Shown here: positions 11,801 through 24,459 of the stretch, in pieces
Layout of the letters: each line of letters opens with the position of its first letter
Numbering within the stretch: the stretch's first letter is position 1
Origin: Octopus sinensis
Lineage: Eukaryota
Reading direction: 5' to 3'
DNA length: 64,000 bases
Assembly (NCBI RefSeq): GCF_006345805.1
Contig: NC_043004.1
Span: forward strand, 75,516,001-75,580,000
Program-made: the position numbers and the translations under genes
The notes under the pieces: generated by a model
Seen by the model: the letters and a program-made list of their open reading frames with translations, nothing else
The model's database searches: none
Told to the model about the DNA's origin: nothing

Positions 11801-13358
11801 TAAGCTTAAAAACATAGATGAAGCACATATCCTGGAACCAAGCAAAGAGCATATTTGTCACATTAAGCTTTACTAGTTTCATCAGGGTTCTAATGCAAGT
11901 AAAGCAATCAAGACATTCAAAGAATGCAAAGAATGAAAACAAACCGAAGAAGATGGTTTGGTTTGAAAAATTCAGATGGGGCAATTGCAATCTTCTTAAT
12001 GAGCATATATGCAAGCAATCAAAAATTTACAAATAGACAGAGAAAAAAATGGAAGAAGAGGAAGGAAATTATAGGAATTAATAAATGTACAGGCTTAATT
12101 ATCGTGTTGTACTTTTAAATGAATACAAAAAATTGAACGTTATGTGTGTGTGTGATATAATATATATAGAGAGAAAACGAAAGAAAGTGATATACATACA
12201 AATATACATACTCAGAAGAATGACAGAACACTGACAACTAATTAAAAATGGAAAATTCAAATAGCAACATGTGTAAGAATGGACCAACCTAATTTTTAAA
12301 TATTTCTAAGTTTATAACAGAACAAATTCAACCTAAGAACAACAACCGATTAAGAAAGGACAGCAATTAAAAATATAAGCCACTCTTAACGTTTGATTAA
12401 TGGCTGTATGAATAATGCGCCTTGTTATCAAAGAATCCTTTTATATAAAGACAATCATTGCAAAAAAATTTTTCTTTTAAAAAATACATAAAAAGCAAGT
12501 TTTTTGTTCTCTTTGTATGGCATGGAGAGTATAAACCAGGTGGTATTAAATGTGAAAATATTTATGTCTAAACTTATTATTTGTTGTTTAATATATCTTC
12601 AAGGGATTCAAATATTTCCTTCGACTGTATTGTGCATTTTCGTCTTCATTGTGATTATATGATATAAATCTGCACGGAACATTTCAACCATTTTTTTTAT
12701 TATTCTAAATTGTAACTTGATAGGTTATCTCTACAGATTTTGTATAGAAATTATAGCCAGTACTAACTGTGCTCCGACGTTTCATATCTGAGACGCCTGA
12801 TGTAAACAACAACGAGATCCAAGAGGGAAATGGGCATATATCTCATATTTCAGGAGTTTTCTCCCTCATCAACATTCATCCAACCAATTAATCATCGACG
12901 AACACATTGCTTAAATAGCCACTAAATATGGCAGTGTACCGTTATTGGATATACCAATTTTACGTATGAACAGGTGATGTTAGAGCACTGCTAACACAGG
13001 AGAACACAGTAGTGACTTATGAAAACGTTTGATATAATTTGTAGTATATTATGGCTGTATAACGAGATACGGTGTCCCTACAGGTCACTAATATCTAAAC
13101 TAATTATAAAATACGTAACAAAACAGTAATACATCCGTCTCGTGATCCGATGGCATCATTCACTGCCTAATGTGCTTTCATATATGTTATTGAAGGGGAT
13201 ACATTCCTCCCGAGACTGTTTTCCGCAGTGAAAGGACTTCCCAAGTTCGAGTGCACACTAATGCGTTAAATATCGTTGAACATGCATTTATTTTATTCAA
13301 CGCTACTTCGTGCGACTGTTGTTAAAACATACTCACACACATGTATGTGTACAAACAG

Positions 13359-13413
<55 letters not shown>

Positions 13414-13416
<3 letters not shown>

Positions 13417-14175
13417 AAGAAATAGGATCACGCTTGGTCGTATCGTGTAGGAAATACGATTGCACGCGGTTCTACTCTTAACGAATTATTCAAAGCCATA
13501 AAATACATACAAACGATAATAGAACATAAGTGAATTGACACAAGTCTTCTGTTGGTAGATAAATATTATTTATTTTACATATTTTACAATCATGTGGATT
13601 CTAAGAGTTCGTAAGCGTTAGCATGTTTTGTGTCTGTGTGTTCGGGTGGCGTGAAGCATACCCAAAGGTACTGAACATAGAATTAAGAATGTCATTTAGT
13701 TTACTGTTCATAGGGCAAGATGCTGGAATCTACTCGAGAGGTTTTCAGTGTTTGTATAGATTAGCGTAGCAACAGGTAGTAGCAGAAACAATCGCATATC
13801 TCTAAGTTGAGCAGCAGAGGCCTAAGTTAGTTCTTAAAAGAACTGGAACCCAAGACCTAAGTGTCTGTGAAACCCTGCTTTATATACTGTTTGGTTGGCT
13901 CACCGAACTCCAGAAAATGGAATTTTAACCGAAAGTCTTGATTGGCTGACTCGCAATTACGGCGCGAAATAAGTCGAGACAGTTCGCGTCACGTGTCCAT
14001 CAGTGGCGCGGACTTCGTTGGGACCCTCGTGTCACATGTCAAACAGTGGCGCGAAACACGTAGAGACCACTCGTGTCACCTGTCAGCCAATCAAGTTAGT
14101 GTTTAGAACAAGAACAAGTTGACCAAAGATGGTTGTAACCTCAAACGATATCATTTCTGCCTTGCCCTTCACACA
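13414..14175 (-). mobile_element. Probable solo LTR
   Basis: TG...CA ends, minus-strand TATATAAAG (13878-13886), CCAAT boxes, three ~43-bp tandem units; no TSD detectable. Confidence 0.4.
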
Positions 14176-14236
14176 GTCAAGATATTAACAATCGCTATGG
14201 TCATATTCCAAAAAAGGCTGAAATTGCCACGCTACA

Positions 14237-14280
<44 letters not shown>

Positions 14281-14372
14281 TATATATGAATACATATATA
14301 TATACACACACATATACTTACATAATACATATATTTACTTAAATATACACATGCATACATATGTACGCACAT

Positions 14373-14484
<112 letters not shown>

Positions 14485-14839
14485 GTATATTACCCTTCAA
14501 CAAGGACAGTATTGACAGCGACTTCGGAGTTTCTGCCTGCTAACCATCATCGGACTTGGTGACATTTAAGCTCGTCTTGACTTCATATAATCTCTGTTTA
14601 GTTAAATTGCCTTTTTTTTAGTTTGCTAAAGCTCTATTGAATGATAATTAGATTGTTGGATTGGTTGTGATAAAAAAAGTATTATGGAAGATTTATATTG
14701 ATTAAGTTTGGAGTTGTGTTATTGTTCAGTCGCTGTTAAGACTGCCAAGGAATAATAGGTAGGTGCTCTACGATAAGTACTAAGTAATCCTTCAGTTCAG
14801 TTAAAATGAAAACAAGCATCTACACACACACACACACAT

Positions 14840-16051
14840 ATATTATAGTAGGATAGGCCGGTTTATTGGATTACACTGGGTTTCTCGCTCATAAAGGGTT
14901 TAGCCTTATGGCGTATCTTCAGGCCCCAAACACTGTTTGGCCTGGGAACTCTTAAAAAAGTTTGGAGAGGAAAAAGCCTCGTTTTTAAGGCTAAAACCCC
15001 AGGTGATTATCTCCCTTTGCCATTGGCCATCGATCTTTGGCCACGCTGCACACCAGCAACAAAATCAGCAGCCCCGACTCCATCAAGAACAACAGCAACA
15101 CCGGCGGCAGCGCCAGCAGCAGCTACCACAACAACAACAACAACAGCAGCAGCAACAACAGCAATGCCAGCACCAGCACCAGCAACAACGACTGCACCAC
15201 AGACAACATGTGCAGAGACGAGAATGTGACTGGCATCAACACCAGCACCAGCACCAACGCCAATACCATCACCAACACCATTACCAACAGCAGCAGCCCC
15301 AACTCCAGCAGCGACAACACCACCGGAAACATCAGCGGCAACGGTAGCAGCAACAGCACCAACAACAGCACCAACAACGGCAACACCTACAACAGCAACA
15401 GACGCAACGACATCATGTGTCCATAGAGGTACGTACGATGCACTGGGAACTCTCTCAAACAGCGTATTTCCAATCATCTGTCCTCCTTCAGAGTCCCGGA
15501 AAGGAGATACGTGACATCACTGGCCAGCCATATCTGGCAATTACCAGACGAAGAGATTCCATACTCGATCGCATGGAAAATACTTGAAAACCCAGGCCCC
15601 TACATCAACGGGACGAAACGGTGCAAGTTATGCATTGCCGAACGCACGACAATCCTTAAAGACCCGCATGTGCCAGGGGACATCCTGAACTCCCGGACGG
15701 AGATTTTCGGACCATGCTTGCACTTCAGAAAATTCCTACTGGCTTTCGGGAATCCGCAGGGCGGCACCACAGCCGGAAACCAATAGCCAAGGCCGAAGGG
15801 AGACAATCGTTTACCTTCGTGGTGTTTTGGTGACCGCAAGATGGCAGCGCAGCCGAAGATCGATGGACAATAGCAAAAGGAGATAACCACATAGGATTTT
15901 AGCTTTAAAAACGAAGCTTTTCCTCCTCCGTATTTTAAAAGAAGTCTCAGGCCATCAGTGTTTAGGATCTGAAGATACGCCATAAGGCTAAATCTCTTAT
16001 AAGCGGGAAACCAAGGGTAATCCCATAAACCGAACTAATCCGCTATAATAT
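14840..16051 (+). mobile_element. Penelope-like cassette: inverted ~210-bp ends around a CAA/CAG tract and a GIY-YIG C-terminal fragment
   Basis: 14840-15049 is an imperfect reverse complement of 15844-16051; 15430-15786 reads YVRCTGNSLKQRISNHLSSFR...TSLASHIWQL...YSIAWKILE...RCKLCIAER...LNSRTEIFGPCLHFRKFLL. Confidence 0.8.
15050..15410. repeat. CAA/CAG/CAC trinucleotide low-complexity tract
   Basis: Visible mixed triplet repeat. Confidence 0.9.
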
Positions 16052-16114
16052 TAACTGCTCTACATCTTAGAGCGGGCTTCTCCTCTGGATTTATGTATTT
16101 CTACACACCATTAT

Positions 16115-16262
16115 ATGTATATGTATGTATGTATACATATATATATATATAATATATATAATATATATATATATATTATATATATATATATATATTATAT
16201 ATATATATATATGTATAATATATATATGTATGTATGTATATATATATATATGTATATATGTA

Positions 16263-16293
<31 letters not shown>

Positions 16294-16314
16294 ATATATA
16301 TATATGTATGTATG

Positions 16315-16347
<33 letters not shown>

Positions 16348-16348
16348 G

Positions 16349-16389
<41 letters not shown>

Positions 16390-16468
16390 TATGTATGTAT
16401 ATATATATATGTATATATTATATATATATATGTATATATATATATAATATATATATATACATATATGT

Positions 16469-16502
<34 letters not shown>

Positions 16503-16680
16503 ATATATATGTATATATACACACACATGCATAATATGTGTAGGAATGCATTTACATGTATGTGTACGTGTCCGTGTGTCTGCTTGTATATATGTGTGTG
16601 TGTGCGTGCGTGTGTGTATGTGTGTACATGTTTGTATGTGTGTACATGTTTGTATGCGCGTGGGTGTCCTGTTGTGTGTG
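16115..16680. repeat. Compound (TA)n/(TATG)n/(TG)n microsatellite
   Basis: Direct inspection; many similar tracts occur across the window. Confidence 0.95.
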
Positions 16681-17089
16681 AGTAACTTAAGGCAGTAAAA
16701 GGCTTGCTGGCCTTCTGTTGCAATGAAAGCACCTGACCCCAGATTCCAAACAACGTTGTTAGCAAGTATCAGGTTTAGCACGCTTGTCTCTGCTCTAACT
16801 CAACTTAGTGGAGCGTTGTGATTGACTAATAGATAAAAAGTTCGTGAGACAACCACTTACTGTGCATGTCTAGTTTCATATAATTTATTCGCTTTTAAAA
16901 CGTTTTAATTTCGTTTTAATTAGTCAATTATGTACCATACCGCACTTTATTATACATACATGTTGGGACTTGCGTTAACAATCTGAATATAATTGTTCTC
17001 AAAGATCCCAAGTTGACTTCAAAGACTATATATACATACATATATATATATATAATTTTTATTTTTCAGAATGAGATACAAAAAAACCC

Positions 17090-17480
17090 AAGGCTGTGAA
17101 GGTTTTAGGACATTTATAAATAGAAGGTCTTACAGCTGATTCCGGGATATTTATTATATCCCTTCATCGGAGAGGTGTGAGAAAATAGTTAGGCAATAGT
17201 TAATTTAGATAAGGTACGAAATAGAGAGTGAAGTGGAGGAATAGATGTGAGATATGCAGGGATATTGCATTTGTAGATCCATTATTTAGGCAGAATGGTT
17301 TTCATATAAGATTCCAATACCTTATGAGTAAAATCCAATAGTATTTAAAATTGGTCATTCCAAGTATAGAGTTTGTAGTTTGTATATAGTGCTATTGAAT
17401 CAAGGGTTTTATTTAAAGTGACCAAAAAGTAGGGAATGTATTTGTAAGGTCAACACGAAAACAGGAAAAGAGGAATAAAG
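17090..17480 (-). mobile_element. Degenerate Penelope-like 3' end with hammerhead-like core
   Basis: Minus strand KVLESY..TILPK(I)NGS..SLH resembles the PLE endonuclease C-terminus and is followed by CCGATGA-stem-GAATC. Confidence 0.45.
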
Positions 17481-17874
17481 AAAAGAGAAAAAAAAGAGAA
17501 GTCGATTATAGATTTCATCCCTTCGGGATCGTTAAGATAAGTTCAAAAGGTATTGGTCTACTACGTTGACCAATGCCTTGTGAACAAATTTGGTAGGCAG
17601 AAACTGTATAGAAGCTTGTCATGTATGCGTGCGAACGCGTGTGTGTATACTTGGTTTGTTCCGCCTCCGCTGTTTCACAACCGGGGTTAGTTTGTTAACG
17701 TCTGCGTATCATAGTGATGCAGCAAAAGTGACCGATAAGTGAGGTACTATACTTAAAAATATATACTGGGGTCGATTTCATCGACCAAACCCTTCGAGAT
17801 GGAGCCTAAACATGGCTGCAATCCAATGATTAATGCAAATGAATGAGAAATGATAGAAATGTGCTAGTTATACC

Positions 17875-18107
17875 TATTTCTTTATTACCCACAAGGAGCT
17901 AAACACAGAGGGGACAAACAAGGACAGACAAACGGACTAAGTCGATTACATCGACTCCAGTGCGTAACTGCTACTTAATTTATCGACCTCGAAAGGATGA
18001 AAGGCAAAGTCGACCTTGGCGGAATTTGAACTCAGAACGTAACGGCAGACGAAATACGGCTACGCATTTCGCTCGGCGTGCTAACGTTTCTGCCAGCTCG
18101 CCGCCTT
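17875..18107 (-). mobile_element. SINE family B with 15-bp TSD
   Basis: AAGGCGGCGAGCTGGCAGAAACG...GAGTTCAAATTCC head; TSD TGTGCTAGTTATACC at 17860-17874 and 18108-18122. Other copies at 24898-25328-, 31255-31647-, 35650-35870+, 36325-36830+, 47018-47253+. Confidence 0.85.
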
Positions 18108-20130
18108 TGTGCTAGTTATACCGGTTACAGTTGTTGTAGCCGTTGTTTAACTCCAAGCCGGCTCTGATCGCGCAGATCTATGATCAAATCCTTTCCAGAC
18201 GTAAACATATCGTCTTTTTTATATATTTATTTATTTATGCGCCCTCTTCAAGCCTAGCTAGGCTCATGGGCCCGGTTTCCCGGTTTCTATGACGTATATG
18301 TTCCCCCCAGCTGGACGGGACGCCAGTCCATCGTAGCGTTACTCAAAAAATAGGAAGAAAGAGTGAGAGAAAGTTGGGGCGAAAGAGTACAACAGGGGTC
18401 GCTATCACCCCATGCCGGAGCCTCGTGGAGCTTTAGATGTTTTCGCTCAATAAACACACACAACGCCCGATCTGGGAATCGAAACCGCGATCCTCCGACC
18501 GTGAGTCCGCTGCTCTAACCACTGGGTCATTTTATATATATCTGAGACTAAATTGTCCAGCATGAAAGGCTTTTTTTTATGGTCTTTATTTTGCAGAATG
18601 CTAAATATTTCAACCGAAGGGAGTTGGCTATTGTTTCCAACAAATCACGTAACCGTGTTTAGGCTTCCTTGTTGGCTCCTCGTCAACTCGGATTGTATAC
18701 GTATCGTTCCCATTCTTACCACATCAACTATATCTCCTACAAAGATAACAGCATGAAACATCAGAAGCACCACAAACTCGTGACAATTCCGGATTATCTT
18801 CGGTCGCTCAAAATCTTATACCGTTATCAAAGACACAAAGATTCATTCAAACTCGATCGTGTTTCTTAATTCCCCTGAGATCTTATTACCGAAAACAGGC
18901 TGTGGCATTTATCAGTTTCATAATTCAAAAGCGAATCAAATACGTATTTAATGTTGGGTGCCGGTGTAGTATGTCATCCACATGCCATTGTGATCTACAG
19001 CAACTTAAATCTAGACTAGTTTGTGATCTACATTCAAAATTTTGTTATTAATTTGCAATTATAATTAGAGGAGGAACTTAATCATAAAAAAAAAATAAAG
19101 ACTGCAGCTTCTTCCTTTCAAATAACCTGTGTGTAAAATTCTTTTGCTCCATCACGACTTCTTTCAATGAACTCAGGGCTAGTGTTTAAATCATAAAGTT
19201 TTTTTTTTTTTGGTTATTTATTTTTGGGGGCGTAGGAGTGGCTGTGTAGTAAGTAGCTTGCTTACGAACCATATGGTTCCGGGTTCAGTCCCACTGCGTG
19301 GCACCTTGGGCAAGTGTTTTCTACTATAACTTCGGGCCGACCAAAGCCTTGTGAGTGGATTTGGAAGACGGAAATTGAAAGAAGCCCGTCGTATATATGT
19401 ATATATATAAGTATGTGTTTGTGTGTCTGTGTTTGTCACCCCAACATCGCTTCACAACCGTCAAAAGAGACCGATAGAATAAGTACGAGGCTTACAACGA
19501 ATAAGTCCTGGGGTCGATTTGCTCGACTAAAGGCGGTACTCCAGCATGGCCGTAGTCAAATGACTGAAACAAGTAAAAGAATATATACTAAAGCGACCGG
19601 AAGTCTAGTACAAGGTGTTCAAAAAGTCTCTCTGCAGTATTTTATTGCAAAATAAATATTTATAAGATGGTATAAGACTATAAAAGAATATATTAGACTT
19701 TAAAAAAACTTTGTAAGAGGTGTTAAAAGTGTCGTCCTTCATTTTCAATACATAGAATTTATTTTCTTTTTTTTTTTTCTCGTAATGTCGTATTGCCGAA
19801 GAAATATGATTGCCGTTTTCCCATTGGAAACTGCTCATATAGGAATTCTAAACATTAGTTAAAGAATATTTTTATGTGATTTCGATTCTTTAAAGTCAAG
19901 TTGAGCAGTTATAAAAACCCTGGATTTTGTAAAAACTTCAGTGTTTGTGAGATGTAACTAAACTCCACGACTCTCACTCCTTTGAGACATTGGTTATTTT
20001 TTTATGCCATGTCTATGAAAAATCCAATAAGACTTGTTTGAATTGTTGAGATCTATAATAGTTAGAATGAGGAATTAGTTAGCTAAAATATTAAGCCGTA
20101 ATTCTCTACGACAAAATTACTTTTCTTCAA

Positions 20131-20494
20131 ATCTCCTTATATATAAAGCTGAAGTTGTCTGTGTATGGCAGGTTTGGGAGCCTTCAACTAACACTATCTC
20201 CTCTGAGACCCTGCGGCGCAAGTTGACCAAAATTGAGAGTATGATAGAAGAAGGCTTGCTCTTCCTTCCGTAGAAGACAAAATTCAAATCGGACCATGTT
20301 AACACCAAAAATTATTTACGTCAAAAAGGAGCTTTTCTTCTATGAAAATCCCTATATTTTACGATTTTTTGACTGCTGTGTCGCCACTTTTCGGTGTTCA
20401 CTTAAAGCTACATAATGCAAAATTTTTAGTTTTCAAAAATTCCAATTCTAAAGGGTCGAAACAAACCTGAGCAACGCCGAGCGATACTGCTAGT
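20131..20494 (-). mobile_element. Helitron-like element, same 5' terminus, different body
   Basis: Reverse complement ACTAGCAGTATCGCTCGGCGTTGCTCAGG at 20494; TATATAAGGAGAT end at 20131. Confidence 0.5.
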
Positions 20495-21166
20495 TGTATT
20501 ATAAATATTAAAAATACTATATGTATATAATAAAATAATGTAGAAATCATTTTCTCTTTCTTCACGTTCTTCGACTTATTAATGAAATGTATTTCTGTAA
20601 TTATGAAACTGTATTTTTTTATAGCGGTTAAAAGAACACGAAATTATTCATATTCAGCATATATGCACGCTTAATGTCCATTTGCGTTCTGGAAAATATA
20701 TTTCTCGCTATGGCGTTTATGTAGCTGGAGTCAGGATTTACATATAATGGTAACACTTATAAGTAAGTTATAAGTGACGGTTTTATCATTATATATCCCT
20801 ACTTAAAAAGCTAAATATATTTATCTATTTCCAAATGGGAAACATATAAAAGTAGCGTTACACTAACAGTAAACAAACAAACCAGAAAATATCCGCTATA
20901 TAAGAAAAATAGGTAAACCGCTATACTCTTTATCTTTTTACTCTTTTACTTGTTTCAGTCATTTGACTGCGACCATGCTGGAGCACCGCCTTTAGTCGAG
21001 CAAATCGACCCCGGGACTTATTCTTTGTAAGCCCAGTACTCATCCTATCGGTCTCTTTTGCCGAACCGCTAAGTGACGGGGACGTAAACACACCAGCATC
21101 GGTTGTCAAGCAATGCTAGGGGGACAAACACAGACACACAAACACACGCAACACACATTTATATAC

Positions 21167-21201
<35 letters not shown>

Positions 21202-21908
21202 GACAGGCTTCTTTCAGTTTCCGTCTACCAAATCCACTCACAATGCATTGGTCGGCCCGGGGCTATAGGAGAAGACACTTGCCCAAGATGCCACGCAGTG
21301 GGACTGAACCCGGAGCCGTGTGATTGGTTAGCAAGCTACTTACCACACCAAATTCACTTACAAGGCTTTGGTCAGCCTGAGGCTATAGAAGAAGACACTT
21401 GCCCAGGGTTCCACACAGTGGGACTGAACCCGGGCCATGTGGTTGGTAAGCAAGTTACTTACTACACTGCTACTCCTGGGCCTATGTTTTTTTTTATCCT
21501 TTTTTTGCCGCTATGCATAGAGGATACAGACGCACACAAACACAGGCATATGCGCGCACACACACAAACACATAAACACACACACATACGCACACACACG
21601 CGCACACTCGCATAAATACGTACATGCCTGCATGAATGTGTGCGCGCGTGTCTACTAATCCACCACATGCGCGCGTGCACATACATCCACACACATATAC
21701 ATATCAACATATACATACACACATATATTTAGTAATAGAAATGCTCGCTTACACGTGTATGTGTGTACGTGCGTGTTTGTGTGTGTGTGTGTTTGTCCGG
21801 CGTGTGTGGGGGGGAGAAAGAAAGAAAGAGAGAAAGAGAGAGAGAGAGAGAGTATGTGCATACATAACAGTCTGAATCCCTAATGACTAGGGCCTAGTCT
21901 GTTTCTGA

Positions 21909-21909
21909 T

Positions 21910-21961
<52 letters not shown>

Positions 21962-22041
21962 GATAGATAGTAGATAGATATTTAGAAGATAAATAGATTA
22001 GAGCAGATAGATAGATAAGTAGATAGATGATAGATAGAATA

Positions 22042-22077
<36 letters not shown>

Positions 22078-22099
22078 GTAGGTAGATAGATAGATAGAC

Positions 22100-22175
<76 letters not shown>
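21909..22175. repeat. (TAGA)n microsatellite
   Basis: Direct inspection. Confidence 0.95.
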
Positions 22176-22176
<1 letters not shown>

Positions 22177-22746
22177 CGTGCATGTTCATTCATGTATACG
22201 TATTATGTTAGTGTTTCTCACAGCAATGCCCTTCTCTTCAATCAACATTAACTCACAGGTTGCAGGTAACCATTATGTCTTCACGCTATGACCAGTTGGT
22301 GATGGCCAGCGAATGGTGAGAACGTCAACATTACTCAAAGTTAATGTCTTTACCTGTTGTCACCTGACGTGAAACAATGAGGTAACAACCGTTCTAACAT
22401 AATTTATCTAACAATATATAAACGCAGTAATAGCTAAAAGCTAAAAGATACATACAGCACGGATTTTTGTCAGTGAGCAGGTCGCGGATTTTAGCGACGA
22501 AAATATTTTGACAAATTAAACTTAAATGTTGAAGTGAATCGAACGGCTTTTGTGCGTTTCTTAAATGGCTTATAAACACCTTCCACGCTGCAATTGTTTT
22601 CGTTTCAGCACACGATCTCAGATCAAATTACTTGCTATGCGAGTACATCTCCTATATATATATATATATATATATATGGTGCCCCAGCATGGCCACAGCT
22701 CATTAGCTGAAACTAGAAAAATCAAAATCAAAATCATATATATATA

Positions 22747-23087
22747 AAGGGTAAAGACCCCCTTCGGTCATGAATGACCATGGGATTGCACCTAGAAAGT
22801 TACCCTCCTAGACACAAGTCCGGGCAAGGTTGTTTATGGAAGACCAGCAGTCGCCCATGCATACCAGCCTCCCCTCTCCACGCCACCAGTGTTATCCAAG
22901 GGAAAGACAAAGGTCGATACAGCTTGGCACCAGTGACGTCGCAACTCATTTCTACAGCTGAGTGAACTGGAGCAACGTGAAATAAAGTGCCTTGCTCAAG
23001 AACACAACACGCAGCCCGGTCCGGGATTCGAGCTCACAACCTCACGATCGTAAGCTCGACGCTCTAACCACTGAGCCATGCGCCTTC
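22747..23087 (-). mobile_element. tRNA-derived SINE, full length
   Basis: Minus-strand A-box TGGCTCAGTGGTTAGAGC and B-box-like GAGCTCGAATCCC followed by a non-tRNA body; another tRNA-headed SINE lies at about 18225-18530-. Confidence 0.75.
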
Positions 23088-23088
23088 A

Positions 23089-23136
<48 letters not shown>

Positions 23137-23142
23137 TATATA

Positions 23143-23179
<37 letters not shown>

Positions 23180-23233
23180 GATATATATATATATATATAA
23201 TATATATATATATATTATATATATATATGTATA

Positions 23234-23291
<58 letters not shown>

Positions 23292-24016
23292 TATATATAT
23301 ATAGCACACATATGTACGTATGTATGTGTATGCATGTATGTATATTTATATGTATGTATGTGTGTGTGTGTGTGTAATATAAATATATATAAATATATAT
23401 ATACATATGTATTTAGGTATCTTTTAGTTTTCATGTATTAGTGCGTCCGGGGATTTTTCTTGTATTGCTTCTGGTGAAGTAGCAAGTTGACGTCGCCGCT
23501 TTTCTCTGTGTCTCCTGGCGCGATGTGGGTTCATCCGGAATCGCAGATAAAAAACTGTCAAGACGTTTTTTTGAAGACTTCCATGTCTACACCCTGCAGA
23601 TCCCTGATGTTTTCCCTTTTTCCCGAGCGTCAAACTAATACATTTGTTTGTTGTTCATACACCTGTCTTCGTCTTTTGTTTTTCAATAATTTTCAATTAC
23701 AGAAAGTTGCATGGATATGCAGTTTTGAGTAGTATCTACTTATCGGTTCCGAAATGATGATAGATAACTTCGATCTCGGCGCGATTAAGACTCTAGACTT
23801 AAATTACGTAAAATTGAATACCAGAAAGTATTTTGCCCCTTGTCCTAAGCTAGGAATACTTTAAATCCACAGAACTAGTCGCTACGATATAAGCACTAAG
23901 AGAATTACTAGACTGATATTGCGTTGGCAATAAATTTTTATTTTCCCTCTTTATTCATCAATCAGTCTGTAAAATATACGTCTTCATTGTTGACGACTTC
24001 TTGCCATTGTTCCACT

Positions 24017-24156
24017 AGGAGTGGCTGTGTGGTAAGTAGCTTGCTTACCAACCACATGGTTCCGGGTTCAGTCCCACTGCGTGGCACCTTGGGAAAGTGT
24101 CTTCTACTATAGCCTTATGAGTGGATTTGATAGACAGAAACTGAAAGAAGCCCGTC

Positions 24157-24206
<50 letters not shown>

Positions 24207-24435
24207 TATATATATACATGTGTGTATATGTTTGTGTCTGTGTTTGTCCTCCCAACATCGCTTGACAACCGATACTGGTGTGTTTACGTCCCCATAACTT
24301 AGCGGTTTGGCAAAAGATACCGATAAAATAAGTACTAGGCTTGCAAATACTAAGTCCTGGGGTCGATTTGCTCGACTAAAGGTGGTGCTCCAGTATGGCC
24401 ACAGTCAAATGACTGAAACAAGTAAAAGAGTAAAA
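24017..24435 (+). mobile_element. tRNA-derived SINE family A (octopus-type, internal TA/TG microsatellite)
   Basis: GGAGTGGCTGTGTGGTAAG...GGTTCAGTCCC head, AAGTAAAAGAGT tail. Other copies at about 1343-1687+, 4860-5253-, 19226-19582+, 20936-21480-, 26057-26506+, 27808-28209-, 35125-35390+, 47352-47770-, 56547-56700+, 59845-60235+, 61575-61945+. Confidence 0.85.
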
Positions 24436-24459
24436 TAGAGAAAGAGTAACTTGTCAATG

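Noticed and set aside
12770-12810. GAAAC-GTCGG motif suggesting a hammerhead on the minus strand
   Set aside because: No CUGANGA segment at the expected position
14937-15477. PolyQ, N/S/T-rich and V/A-rich ORFs
   Set aside because: All are frames of one CAA/CAG tract inside a Penelope-like remnant, with no splice or domain support
16115-16781. Long ORFs rich in Y/I/C/V/H/T here and at many other loci
   Set aside because: They are translations of (TA)n, (TG)n, (CA)n, (TAGA)n and triplet microsatellites, not genes
19608-20100. Tc1-like terminus TACAAGGTGTTCAAAAAGTC
   Set aside because: No matching second TIR or convincing transposase motif was found
22990-23087. tRNA gene-like A/B boxes here and at other SINE heads
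   Set aside because: They continue into shared SINE bodies and do not show complete cloverleaves
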